Positions 49,656 through 61,169 of a stretch of 64,000 bases of DNA are shown piece by piece. Source of the DNA: Malacoraja senta (Eukaryota); assembly GCA_038087875.1 (NCBI GenBank), contig CM075978.1, positions 146,692,001 through 146,756,000 of the forward strand. Reading direction: 5' to 3'. The notes beneath the pieces are model-generated. The model searched no databases. It was given only the letters and a program-made list of their open reading frames with translations, and was not told the DNA's origin. The stretch's first letter is position 1. Each line of letters starts with the position of its first letter. Both the position numbers and the translations under genes were made by a program.

Positions 49656-50482
49656 CCGAATGCTGGGATGGTGAATGGTGTTATCTCCATAATGAGAAAT
49701 TAAATTTTCGAGAATTTAGAAGACTGAGAGATGATTTTACTGAATACACAAAATTGTTATGGGGATTGCAAGTCCGATCCAGGAACGAGGCTTCAACTGC
49801 TTCGAATATCTAGAACAAGGCATCATATTTTCAAAATAAGGGGCCAATTATTCTGAAATAACATGAAAAGAATTTTCTCCATGCATAGGTTTGTGAATCT
49901 TTTGAATTCTCTATCCAAGAGTACTATGAACGTTCTATCATTGAGTTTCCAAGATACTCATGAAATCACGGTATATGGGGTTAGTATATGAAAGCAAAAT
50001 AGAGGATTTTCAAGCATAGGAAATACCTCAGGAAATGCTACAATTAGGGCTAAATTGAAGGAGCAGCCTTGATTTTAGTGAATGGAAAAAACGGGCATGT
50101 GGAGTTGAATGGCCTACTCCTGGTTCATTTTTTGTGTAAACTTATCTTGCAGCTGAGATCAGATGCAGTTGTTAACTCCTTATTTGCATTTAATTTAGAC
50201 ACAGATTAGCTTGTCCAGTTTGACAGGTCACAAAGTTGAGGATGAATGTGATTATGACCAAATTTAACCTTCATTTAATCTGGCAAATTCTGGTGAATGC
50301 ACTATATTAACCAATAATCACATCGAGTGGTATTAGACAGCAATCTCCCTTATTTCCTGATAATTTTCATGAATTGTTTAGTTGAAATTATTACTGTATC
50401 AATCCTAATTGTAACACTCCGGCTCCTCCCTAAGATATTTTCTATTCCCTGGAATCCTCTAGTTTACTGAACTACTCTACTT

Positions 50483-50580
50483 CAGTCTGAAGAAGGGTCT
50501 CGACCCGAAAACGTCACCCATTCCTTCTCTCCGGAGATGCTGCCTGTCCCGCTGAGTTACTCCAGCATTTTGTGTTTATC
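50483..50580 (+). mobile_element. Penelope-derived short repeat with hammerhead core (50487-50515)
   Basis: CTGAAGA-A-GGGTC(tc)GACCC-GAAA-A-CGTC. Other family copies at about 18440-18600, 23870-24010, 24915-25012, 29605-29735, 29910-30005, 31960-32085, 44295-44450, 48675-48770, 51060-51240, 55965-56230, 62763-62930 and 63805-63990. Confidence 0.8.
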
Positions 50581-51694
50581 CTCTACTTTTCCACTCTGAT
50601 TACTCATTAATTCCACTGTTCTTGTGTGGAACAAATGCTAAGTTGGTATCAACGTAACAATCATTCAAATCTACAGGTAATATTTTTATCTTGGGTTCCA
50701 GAGTCCCCACCCTTGAATAGGTGTTGAGGAAAGCATGGCAATGCCCTCTCAGCCTCTAAACACAAAAATATATTGGCAAAAGGATCTAAGCTGACTGCTT
50801 GCACTTCTGTTGAAGCCACTCACGGTTGCACCATATGGAAGTGCCTGGATTAGGACGTTTAATGATTTATCGTTGTGGAAGGATGTACACATGGGTATTA
50901 AATTAGAATGATATGTTTCTGTTGTATGTTTGACACATATAAATATTTCATTCCACCACATTTCTAACTTTTACAGTTGATAACTGACAAACCTGAGTTA
51001 CTGTAGCAGGGCGGACTTGTAATTTGGTACACAGGGCAATGGAAAATTTATCGTGCGTATAGACTATTCATAACTCCACCAACGAAAAGTTAATATGCTT
51101 TGTCCAGCCCCTCCTCTCTTCCAGCTTTCTTCTCCACTCCCCACCCCTCTACAATCAGTCTGAAGAAGGATCTCGACCCGAAATGTCACCTATCCATGTT
51201 CTCCAGGGATGCCGCCTGACCCACTAAGTTAACTCACCTGTCCTTTTTCTACCATTGTTCATGTCATCAGCAAACATACTAATCAGACCACCTATATTTT
51301 TTACCAAAACCATCAATATAGATAAAAAACAACAGAAGTCCAAGCACGGACTTTTGCCGAACACAACCAGTCACACACTTCCAGTCAGAAAATGCCCCTC
51401 TACCTCTACCATCTGTCCTCTATACCTCTGTCACATAATAATTTGTAAAATGCAACAATGATGCAATGATACTTTATTGTCACATGTATCTAGGTATCTA
51501 GGTTCTTTGTTTTGCAGACAATCCAGTAAAATCATACTATAGATAAACACAATCATAGATAAGTACAAAAGTGCAATGATTATATTGGAATAGTAGACTT
51601 CACCGAGGCGGTACACAAAGAGTCACCACATTTCAGGTGCCAACATACGGATATTCTGCAATTAAATAACAAACTGCTGGAGGAACTCAGTGAT

Positions 51695-52042
51695 GATGTC
51701 CCATCGACTAGTCCCACCTGCCCACGTTTGGCCCATATCCCTCTAAACTTTTTCTATCTTTGTACCTGTCCAACTGCCTTTTAAAAGTTGTTATAGTACC
51801 TGCCTCAGCTACCTCTTCTGGTACCTCGTTAAATATATCTACTATCCTCTTTCTAAGAAATAACACCCAGGTTCCAATTAAATCTTTTTCCTCTCACCTT
51901 AAACTTATGTCCTGTTGTTCTTGATTTCCATATTCTTGGTAAAAGACTGTGTATTCAGCCTATCTATTCCCTTCATGATATACACCTCTATAAGATCACC
52001 CATCCTCCTGAGCTCCAAGGAATAAAGTCCAAGCCTGTCCAA
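51695..52042 (-). mobile_element. CR1 3' part; continues at 54976-55112 (Helitron target)
   Basis: 'aagcctgtccaa' joins 'tctctctctatagctc' when the Helitron is removed. ORF 54820..55212 has MRPQLKYCVQFWS. Confidence 0.85.
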
Positions 52043-52419
52043 TCTATATTACTAAAAGTCTGATCTTGACCACTTCCTGTTGTTCTGTATATTGATTTTA
52101 GAAAAAGCGCTGCCACTTACGGCTTTGATTTTTGGCCATCTTACTCAGAGTCCCCTCCGCTGCGCAGGACAAGAGGATTTTTCCCATCGATGAAAAATAT
52201 AAGAGTTATTAGTGTTTAAAATATGTTGAGATTCTCTCTCCTGAAGGCCACGCCCCTTCCTGAGGGACTATAAAACCCAGAAGTGTTGAGTGCCTCAGTC
52301 AGTCTCTGCAAGATGGGGGAAGCGAGAGGGTCATGTCTCTCAGTCTGAGCTATGAATAACACTGAACACATGTCTACTAAACTGTGAGTGTGGTTTCACT
52401 GACCTTGAGTGCCCTTAAT

Positions 52420-52582
52420 GTGGTTGGTTTGAAATAAAGCACAGAAAATGGTTGGTGGTGGTTGGTTTGAAATAAAGCACAGCAAATGATTGGTGGTGGT
52501 TGGTTTGAAATAAAGCACAGCAAAATGGTTGGTGGTGGTTGGTTTGAAATAAGCACAGCAAATGGTTGGTAGTGGTTGGTTT
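52420..52582. repeat. About 38-bp minisatellite, about 4 copies
   Basis: Unit tggttggtttgaaataaagcacagcaaatggttggtgg. Confidence 0.9.
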
Positions 52583-53005
52583 AAACTTGTCTAAAGTCTA
52601 AACTTGACAACTTGCTGTTTGCACTGTATATTGATTTTAGATAAAACGCTACCACGGACGGCTGTGATTTTTGGCCATCTTACTCAGTCCCCCTCCGCTC
52701 ATCAGGTGCAGAGGATTCTTCCCATCAATGAAAAATAAAAAGTGTTATTAGTGTTTAAAAAATGTTGAGAATCTCTCTCCTGTCAATCACGCCATGAAGG
52801 CCACGCCCCTTCCAGTGGGAGGGGGAGGGATTATAAAACCTGGAAGTGTGGGTGTGGCTAAGTTTCTGCAAGATGGGGGGAGGGAGAGGTCACGACTCTG
52901 TCTGAGCTGTGAATCAACTGAACACACTGAATGTTTACTGAACTGTGAGTGTGGTGTTTTGTGTGGTTTTATGGTCGTTTTATGGTGGTTTTATGGTAGT
53001 TTCAC

Positions 53006-53930
53006 CTTGCTTGAAATGGTATGAAACTGCATTTGAATGTGGTGGCCTTGCACCCTGCATGAAATGGTATGAAACTGCATTTGAATTTGGTGGCCTTGCA
53101 CCCTGCATGAAATGGTATGAACTGCATTTGAATTTGGTGGCCTTGCACCCTTCTTGAAATGGTATGAACCTGCACTTGAGTTTGGTGGCCATGCACCCTG
53201 CTTGAAGTGGCATGAAACTGCACTTGAATTTGGTGGCCTTGCACCCTGCTTGAAGTGGCATGAAATTGCACTTGACTGTGGTGGCCTTGCACCCTGCTTG
53301 AAGTGGTAGGAAACTGCACTTGAATTTGGTGGACTTGCACCCTACATGAAGTGGTATGAAACTGCACTTGAATTTGGTGGGCATGCACCCTGCTTGAAGT
53401 GACATGAAACTGCACTTGAATTTGTTGGCCTTGCACCCTGCTTGAAGTGGTAGGAAACTGCACTTGAATTCGGTGGGCTTGCACCCTGCTTGAAGTGGTC
53501 GGAAACTGCACTTGAATTCGGTGGCCTTGCACCCTGCTTGAAGTGGTAGGAAACTGCACTTGAATTCGGTGGCCTTGCACCCTGCTTGAAGTGGTAGGAA
53601 ACTGCACTTGAATTCGGTGGACTTGCACCCTGCTTGAAGTGGTATGAAACTGCACTTGAATTTGGTGGACTTGCACCCTGCATGAAGTGGTATGAAACTG
53701 CACTTGAATTCGGTGGCCTTGCACCCTGCTTGAAGTGGTCGGAAACTGCACTTGAATTCGGTGGCCTTGCACCCTGCTTGAAGTGGTAGGAAACTGCACT
53801 TGAATTCGGTGGCCTTGCACCCTGCTTGAAGTGGTAAGAAACTGCACTTGAATTTGGTGGCCTTGCACCCTGCTTGAAATGGTAGGAAACTGCATTTGAA
53901 TTTGGTGGCCTTGCACCCTGCTTGAAATGG
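53006..53930. repeat. 48-bp tandem array, about 19 copies
   Basis: Unit gaaactgcacttgaatttggtggccttgcaccctgcttgaagtggtat; 16-aa periodicity in the minus-strand ORFs. Confidence 0.95.
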
Positions 53931-53992
53931 AATTTCAAGGAATAGCCATGAGTCAACTGCCAGCCCACCAGCCGTGAGCAAGCTGCCAACAC

Positions 53993-54835
53993 ATACAATA
54001 CAATACAATACAATACGGTTTTATTCGTCACATTGCACAAAAAGTGAAAGTGAAATGAATTTGCCAGCAGCGGTACAATGATAAAGAACACACAAAAACA
54101 CACTAAAAATTTACCACAAACATCCACCACAGCATTCATCACTGTGGTGGAAGGCACAAAATTTGGCCAGTCCTCCTCCATTTTCCCCCGTGGTCGGGAC
54201 CTCAACCCTCCGCAGCCGTCGCTGCAGGCGTCCAGATGGTAAAAGGACAAGGTAAAAAGTCCAGGTAAGTCCAGAATCGGCTCTTCCCCAACGGAGACCG
54301 CGGCTTCAGGCTGGTGTAGGCCGCAAGCCGGCGGTCGGAGATTTAAAGTTCGCGCCGTAGCCAGAAGCACCGCAGACTGCAGGACGGTCGAAACTCCCCT
54401 CCAGCGGTCCCCAGCGAGGGACCCCGCTCCGGATGGTAAGTCCCTGCCGTGCCTGCGGTAGAAGTAGGCCGAGGGCCGGCAATTGGAGCTCTTATTCCCC
54501 CGGGTCCCCCACGAGGGAACCCAGGCTACAGACGCTGCAGGCTGCCGCTGCAGGCTTCAGGCTGCCGCGGGTCAGCGAACGGAGCGCGCCCCTCCGGCGA
54601 GGGCTCGCCTGCTCCACGCCGAGAGTCCGTGCTGCGCCCGCCACTGAAGCCCCGGGCACGTCTCCGGGAAAGGCCGCACCGATCCTTGCTGTTAGGCCAC
54701 GGGGGAGGCGACATGGAAAAGGTCGTCTCTCCGTGGAGGAGGTGACCGAAGCGGTTTCCCCCTTACCCCCCCACACCACCCCCCACACAAGACACACAGA
54801 GAAACACTAAAAACCCACATTAGGACATACTAAAA
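53993..54835 (-). mobile_element. GC-rich non-autonomous retroelement with (ATTGT)n tail, nested in the Helitron
   Basis: Tail acaatacaatacaatacaatac. Stem tccaccacag/ctgtggtgga at 54123-54151, homologous to 8009-8030. 5' boundary approximate. Confidence 0.65.
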
Positions 54836-55449
54836 ATACAGGCACCCCAGAAAGACCCCCCCCCCCCCCACCCCACTGGCCACCAATATTGGAATTGGTG
54901 GAGAGGTGTAATATTGCATTGGGGGACCAGCCCTCCCGTGTGAACATGGGACCCAATGGGTCCCACTTTGTGTAGTCTCTCTCTATAGCTCATGCTCTCA
55001 TGCCCTAGCAACATCCTCATAAAGTTTCTCTGCAGTCTTTTCAGCTTAACAACATTTTTCCCATAGCAGGATGACCAAAACTGAACACAATACTTCAATT
55101 GTGGCCTCATCATCTTTCTTTCCTTTGTTGAAAATTGAGAAATGAAGTAGAATTCGTGTTGTACCTGGCAGGCAGAGGTCAGAGTTGAAATAATGTATTT
55201 TAATTTATTCATTCACAAGATGTGAGCAATGCTGGTGATGCTAATGTTTATCGTCCTTTCCTAATTGAAGTTAAAAGGCACCTTAGAGTCAACTGATATG
55301 TGAGTCTTGAATCACACAGAGGGTGGGCTGGATGGATATTACCAGTAGTGTTGTGCTTGCCATTATTGAGATCAGAATTTCCTCAAGTTCTAGACTTACT
55401 TGAAGTAATTGAATTTAAGTGTATGAGGTATGTTTTTGTCCCAGGGTAT

Positions 55450-55740
55450 AGCATTCTAAAACTTAAGGTGAAAGGGGAAAATTTAAGAGAGACCTCAGGG
55501 GCAACCTTTACACTCGGGGGGTCATCTGTAACTGGAGCGAGCTGCCAGATAAAGCTGTAGAAGCGGATTCAATTACAACTTCCAAAAGACATTTTGACAG
55601 ATATATCGATAGGCAAGATTTTGAGGATCATGAGCCAAATTCAGGGAAATGGGACGTCCAGAATGCCAGCTTGGTCAGCATGAACAAGTTGGGCTGAAGG
55701 GCCTGTTTTCATGCTGTATAATGTCTGACTATGATTCTAA
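55450..55740 (+). mobile_element. CR1 3' end
   Basis: 'aaggtgaaaggggaaaatttaagagagacctcaggggcaac...gggctgaagggcctgtttt'. Confidence 0.75.
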
Positions 55741-55758
55741 GTTCCTCAGCTGCCACTT

Positions 55759-55879
55759 CTTCTTCTTGCATATGGCGTGCACAGCCTAAAGTTGAAGGAC
55801 AACTTGTTCCATTTGATCTTATTTGATTGCGCACGCCAGGTTGATTGCATTCGTCGTGACGGTTGCAATCTTCCACCCC
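55759..55879 (-). mobile_element. 121-bp SINE-like insertion with (AAG)n tail
   Basis: Degenerate 12-bp TSD cagctgccactt / cagctatcactt (55747-55758, 55880-55891). Tail ttcttcttctt on +. Internal stem ggcgtgcaca/tgcgcacgcc. Confidence 0.7.
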
Positions 55880-56434
55880 CAGCTATCACTTGGGGATTTG
55901 TATTCATGTCTCTGTATCAGTGGTCCAGAGCTTAGGCCGCTCGTCTAATAATTGAATCACTGTGGAGATACAAGAAACTGCGCTGGAATTTTGAGCAAAA
56001 CACAAAGTGCTGTAGAAACTCAACATATTTCTTTTTTGTTTGTTTGTCTGTTGTGTTATCTATTGAGCATTGTGTTTACAAATCTGTTGTGCTGCTGCTG
56101 CAAATAAAAATGTCATTGTTCCGTTGAAGGACATATGACACTTTTGACTTGATCAGACAACATGTATAGGCAATGTTTCGGGTTGAGATCCTTCAAACTG
56201 ATTGGAGTAGTGGGGGGAATAAGATGGAGAAGGAAGGATTGAACCACTATGCTAACAACCCTCAAAACTGCTCAGGCAATCCTATAACTGGTGGGCTTTG
56301 AGCATTCTCAACCTTAATGCTTTCTGTGAGTCTTGAGTTAGAAGTTTAAGGTTCTAGTATTGCAGTGGCATTTCTCATCAAAGAGGGGGATTGGAGAAAA
56401 TGAGAGAGAAAACAAAGAATATCTCTTTACCTTG

Positions 56435-56730
56435 CTACTTTAGACTTTAGAGATACAGCATGGAAACAGGCCCTTTGGCCCACTGAGTCCACGCCGAGCT
56501 GTGATCACCCCATGCACTAAACCTACCCTACACACTAGGAACAATTTTACACTTTTTCCGAAGCCAATTAACCCATAAATCGGTAAGTCTTTGGAGTGTG
56601 GGAGGAAACTGGAGCACCTGGAGAAAACCCAGGGTGAACGTACAAACTCCACACAAACAGTACCCGTAGTCAGAATGAAACCCAAGCCTCTGGCTCAGTA
56701 AGGCAGCAACTCCACCGCTGCGCCACTGCT
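56435..56730 (-). mobile_element. HE1-type V-SINE
   Basis: Full family match. Confidence 0.82.
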
Positions 56731-57711
56731 TCGTGTAGTAATAAAGAACCATTGAACCATTGAGATCATGTCTGAAAGCTTCACTGGGTGTCTGCCGAAG
56801 GATCCCTCTGAATAATCATGAGGTCCCTCAGGAGACGGTGCTGGGTGTTGATCCTGCCACCTATCAAATGTCAGCTGGGGCCTCCATGCCAAAGGATTTT
56901 CCGATACTCCTTGCCAACTTCCTGTTCCGAACAGTAGCATTGTCGGTAAACAGGATCCAAATGAGGCCTACCTATATTAATCATCCAGATCTCAGTTACT
57001 GCCTGAGCAGGCAGGAACTTAGGCTGCCAACAGTTTCCCTAGTGCAGTTAAACCTAGGGCAGCCTTGCATCTTTGTGAAATACTATGATCCCCATTACTT
57101 ATAAATGGAAATGGATTAATGTTTATTTTCATAGAATATAAATGTCTGGGTGTGTAAATCTCTTCTTATATTAACACAGGCCAACTAATTGCAATTGATC
57201 CAATACCAGGGATAAACAATTAAAGGTATCTTTTCCAGTGAGGAACTTTTATGCAATGTTTCATAGATTCAAACTCATCGTAAAATTCAGGAAGCATGTA
57301 TCAGTATTTTTGCTGTAAAATAATTTTCCATATTTAATGGTTCTGTTAATGGGTACTGTGACTTATTCTTCCATAATAAGAAATCAGTTTGCATCGGCTA
57401 CCTACATAATCATCTGAATAGATAATTTCACATGATTGGATGGTGTTAATTACAATTAATAGACAAGAAGATATTCCCAGTTGGACTCCTTGCTTCATAT
57501 GGTCTTAGTGGTGTGAATAATAGGGAGGAAATCTGAGTAAGAATAGCATCTCTCTTTTGGAAATACTTAACATGATATTCATTTCTGAACATACCTCATT
57601 ATCAGCATATCTAAAATGACACGTAACTTCTCAAAAGTTATGTTCATAATCCATCCAGTTAAACCTCATTTCAACAAATTCATATTTCATACCCAAAACA
57701 AATGACAGCAA

Positions 57712-58010
57712 AGCAGCACAGTGGAGCAAAGATAGAGTTGCTGCCTTACAGCGCCAGAGACCCAAGTTCGATCCTGACTACGGGTGTTGTCTGTATGGAA
57801 TGAGCTGCCAGAGGAGTTAGTTGAGGTAGGTACTATCACAACATTTAAGAATCATTTAGACAAGTAAGTACATGGATAGGATAGGTTTGGATGGATATGG
57901 GCCGAACGTGGGCAGGTGAGACTAGTGTAGGTGGGACATGTTGGTCGGCATGGGCAAGTTGGGCCAAAGGTCTTGTTTCCACACCATACGATTCTATGAC
58001 ACTATGACTA
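57712..58010 (+). mobile_element. Chimera: HE1 SINE head fused to a CR1 3' end
   Basis: SINE head with B-box 'gttcgatcc' switches to CR1 at the shared tgtatgga (57792-57799). Confidence 0.7.
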
Positions 58011-58022
58011 ACATAAAACATA

Positions 58023-58353
58023 TGTTACATATGTCTGAAGAAATTCCACATCACATCAAGCAACTGGGAGCACATTGCACTGGACAGGCGCTCCTGGAGG
58101 AAATCCGTGCAGGAAGGAGCTGCACTTCACGAAATGGAACTACGCCGTGTCGCAGAGACAAAGCAACAGCACCATAAGGAGAGAGAGAAGGGGGCTCGAC
58201 CACCGCCAGTCTCCACTGCCCACGTTGCACCAAGGTGTGTCGATCGCGGATCAGCCTCTACAGACATCAGCAGACCCACAAGTAGACGGAGAGGACCCTC
58301 GGAGAGGAGAGGACAGTCATACTCGTTTCGAGTGACCGCCGATGATGATGATG
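58023..58353 (+). mobile_element. RTE-clade LINE 3' end with (GAT)n tail
   Basis: Perfect 19-bp TSD atgactaacataaaacata (58004-58022 / 58354-58372). Terminal CPRCTKVCRSRISLYRHQQTHK* motif typical of RTE ORF ends. 3' hairpin actcg-ttt-cgagt. Confidence 0.85.
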
Positions 58354-61169
58354 ATGACTAACATAAAACATAACCTCCAGTCTATAACGCAAAAATTAAA
58401 AAAATCTAAACTGATTCTGTTGTTTTGTTTTGTGCGGTTTTATTCACAACTGTTTGATACCATCAACATCTGGCTAGATACCAGATGCTGGTGTTGGTTC
58501 GGTATTTAATTGAACATGGTTTTTAATTTCAGCTTGCCTTTGAATACAATATCATTCAATAACACTTACTCTCTCACTTGATTGCAATAACATGTTATTT
58601 GTGTGTGGAGGATCTCACATAGCGTTTAACTAATATGAGCACATGTTCAAAATAATTATGTGATGCTGAATTTCAAGAATTCACCAGTCATTGGTGGATT
58701 TTTGCAATTTGTTGCTGCATAATAGGCATAGCCCCAACGATTTGAGAGATATTTTGAATCCTGCACCACATTTATTCCTAATGGTAATGTACATTCCCAG
58801 ATTTAAAAAAAAACTTTTAAAAAATCCACCTTCCAATTTTCACAAGAGCAGACACCAACCATAATAACCGATCTTGTTTCATTCAGGGTAAAAGTTCAAA
58901 TTTCTTGCTAAGTTGCACTTAAAAGAACAGAAAATCATATACATTATTTATTTTCCATGCGCAGAAAAATAATATTATCTGTTTAGAAATAGAACTAATA
59001 AGATCGAAACTTGATATGGAAGTTAAACACCATTTTATCTGTCACTGTCATTCTAACAGTTCCATTAGACGTCGCCCTTAAGCCGGGTCATTTTCCAATA
59101 TTTTAGGCATTTGCATTCTTGCCAGTACATCACACTAATTGATCAAAACCGAGCATTAGGCACTGGCATATTTTCCTGCTTTACTTTCTCGATAAAAAGG
59201 CGAATGTATAAAAGTGACGTTGAGTGCATGACCGATAGTAGCTCTTTTGCACGGAGCCCCGTACAGGATTTTGTCAGTAAAGATTCTTTGTAGATTTAAA
59301 ATATTGCAGAGCTCAAATCATCTTAAAGACCTTTTATTTCAAAGGCTGTCCCACTGAAGCATTAATAATCCAGAATGTACTGTAAGACCCATACAGTTGT
59401 GTCCCTGTCTACCTCTGTCTTGATTCATTCAGGGTGAATGGCAGATTCCTAAGCAGTGTCAAGTTTCAGATCACCATAGAAACAAACTAGGAGGCAGTTT
59501 CATTAATCATTTAGAGCACAAGAAGTCTAGGTCAGTCTGATTGCAGCATATAGAGTATCATCCTAGCGCCACATGGGACTCTGTTGATTTGAATGAAAAA
59601 AGATTAAGCTGTGCCTGCGACGCCCAGCATCATCAGTTTAAGTTCTCATGTAACAGTGGTCTCTGGAGCCGCATGGATTAAGAGATTGAAGCTACACATT
59701 TATTTTGCAGGACTCAGTGAAACATTAGAAGACTGCAGGTGTCTAAGGGGGGGAGAAAGGACAAAGAGCACGTATTGCTTTTTTGTACTTGTTGCTGTTC
59801 TTTTGAAACTGGAAACAATAAGTCAACTTTATATCTCCACTGACATTTCCATTCTTTCAAGCCATGAAATGGTACATTTGTCATGATGTTATCAAACTTT
59901 ACAACTGAATCTGAAATTTCTTTATGGCCTTTTGTGGCAATTACTCAAAACAGAAATGTTTGGTAGTAGATTTAAGACCATACTTAGGTGGTGTACCGTG
60001 GCTGTATCTATACATGTGTTTTTCATATTTTATGCAAGATCTCTTTAAAGAACCTAAAATAATCTAAATTAAGGAGAGGGGGGCTATTATAATTCATTTA
60101 TTATTACTGGGAAGAATTATAGTTTGTTGGAAAGTGAGATGCAGACAGCTACAAATCAAGCTGACTCCAAAATGCTTGTACACATAGGCTGCAAGGTTAG
60201 CTCCCAAAGGTGTCTACTTTATTTATGGTTCACTACAAAACTTCAAAGAATCTTTTGGTAACTTCGTCCAGACTATTTTTTTTTATTTTGGGGAAGTAAG
60301 ATGACCGAACAGGAAATACAGAATATAATGGCAAAAATGTAAAGAGCAGAAGAATTAGAGTAAAAAAATAACCTTTTATCTTTCATTGACATTTTCTCCA
60401 TGCTGAATCGGCATAGTGTTCATAACAGACATAATAAATTGCACCAAATCTGAAACCATAATGACGTGATCACTTGGTTTACACAGATTTACACGTCTGT
60501 GGAATAAAATAACTGGGCATTAAAATAATGGTGGAATTGATTTCCAAAAATAGATATATTTACCTTATAGCTGCCAAAAATGTCATTGTTCTCTCTGGGA
60601 CATACTGTATGACAATAAAACTCTCTTGACTCTTGGCTATCTCCTCTTGCAGACTATATCCGTCTTTGGTCAATAGATCAATCCAGACCAATGTCATTTT
60701 CAAAGAAAATACCAGTGTTGGTTCTCAAACTTTTAGATGATGCACCACAGGTCTGTTTAAAAAAGGTGTGACTATGTCATCCAGTTTATCCTTCATTCCC
60801 TTTCTGAGTGTATTCTTCTAAAATTCCAGGGCATAACCTCTGAGGAAGTCTAATTGTGATTGTCTATGGAGATGGGAATTATAGCTAGGACTACAATTAT
60901 CTCCTTCAATAAACCATATTCTTCATTGAATGAACAATGAAATAGAAGTGGCAAAGGATCTTAAAAAAGTCATCCATTTGCGTCCCTATGGTGGCAGGAA
61001 CAGTCAAATATGAAGAGCAAGCCTGATTTTGTTTTTGGTTTATCTGCACTGCCTAACTCCTACTATATTGACTACATGGCGAGAAATGGTGGATGTTTCA
61101 CCTGGCTAAGAGGGCAACAGTTTACACCCAATTCATTTTTTAATTGGGTCAGCAGCAGTGAAAATACCC

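Larger units (their letters stand above)
52043..54975 (+). mobile_element. Non-autonomous composite Helitron
   Basis: Starts TCTATATTACTAAAA, inserted at A^T with no TSD. 8-bp hairpin tgggaccc-aat-gggtccca (54947-54965) lies 10 nt from a GTAG end (variant of CTAG). Confidence 0.85.

Noticed and set aside
53006-53930. CRISPR array
   Set aside because: Units are contiguous with no unique spacers; eukaryotic context; no cas genes.
52980-54370. Three ORFs over 300 aa with 16-aa repeats as a real repeat protein
   Set aside because: They arise from a 48-bp unit that is mostly stop-free on the minus strand, are broken by a frameshift, and lie inside a Helitron. No gene structure.
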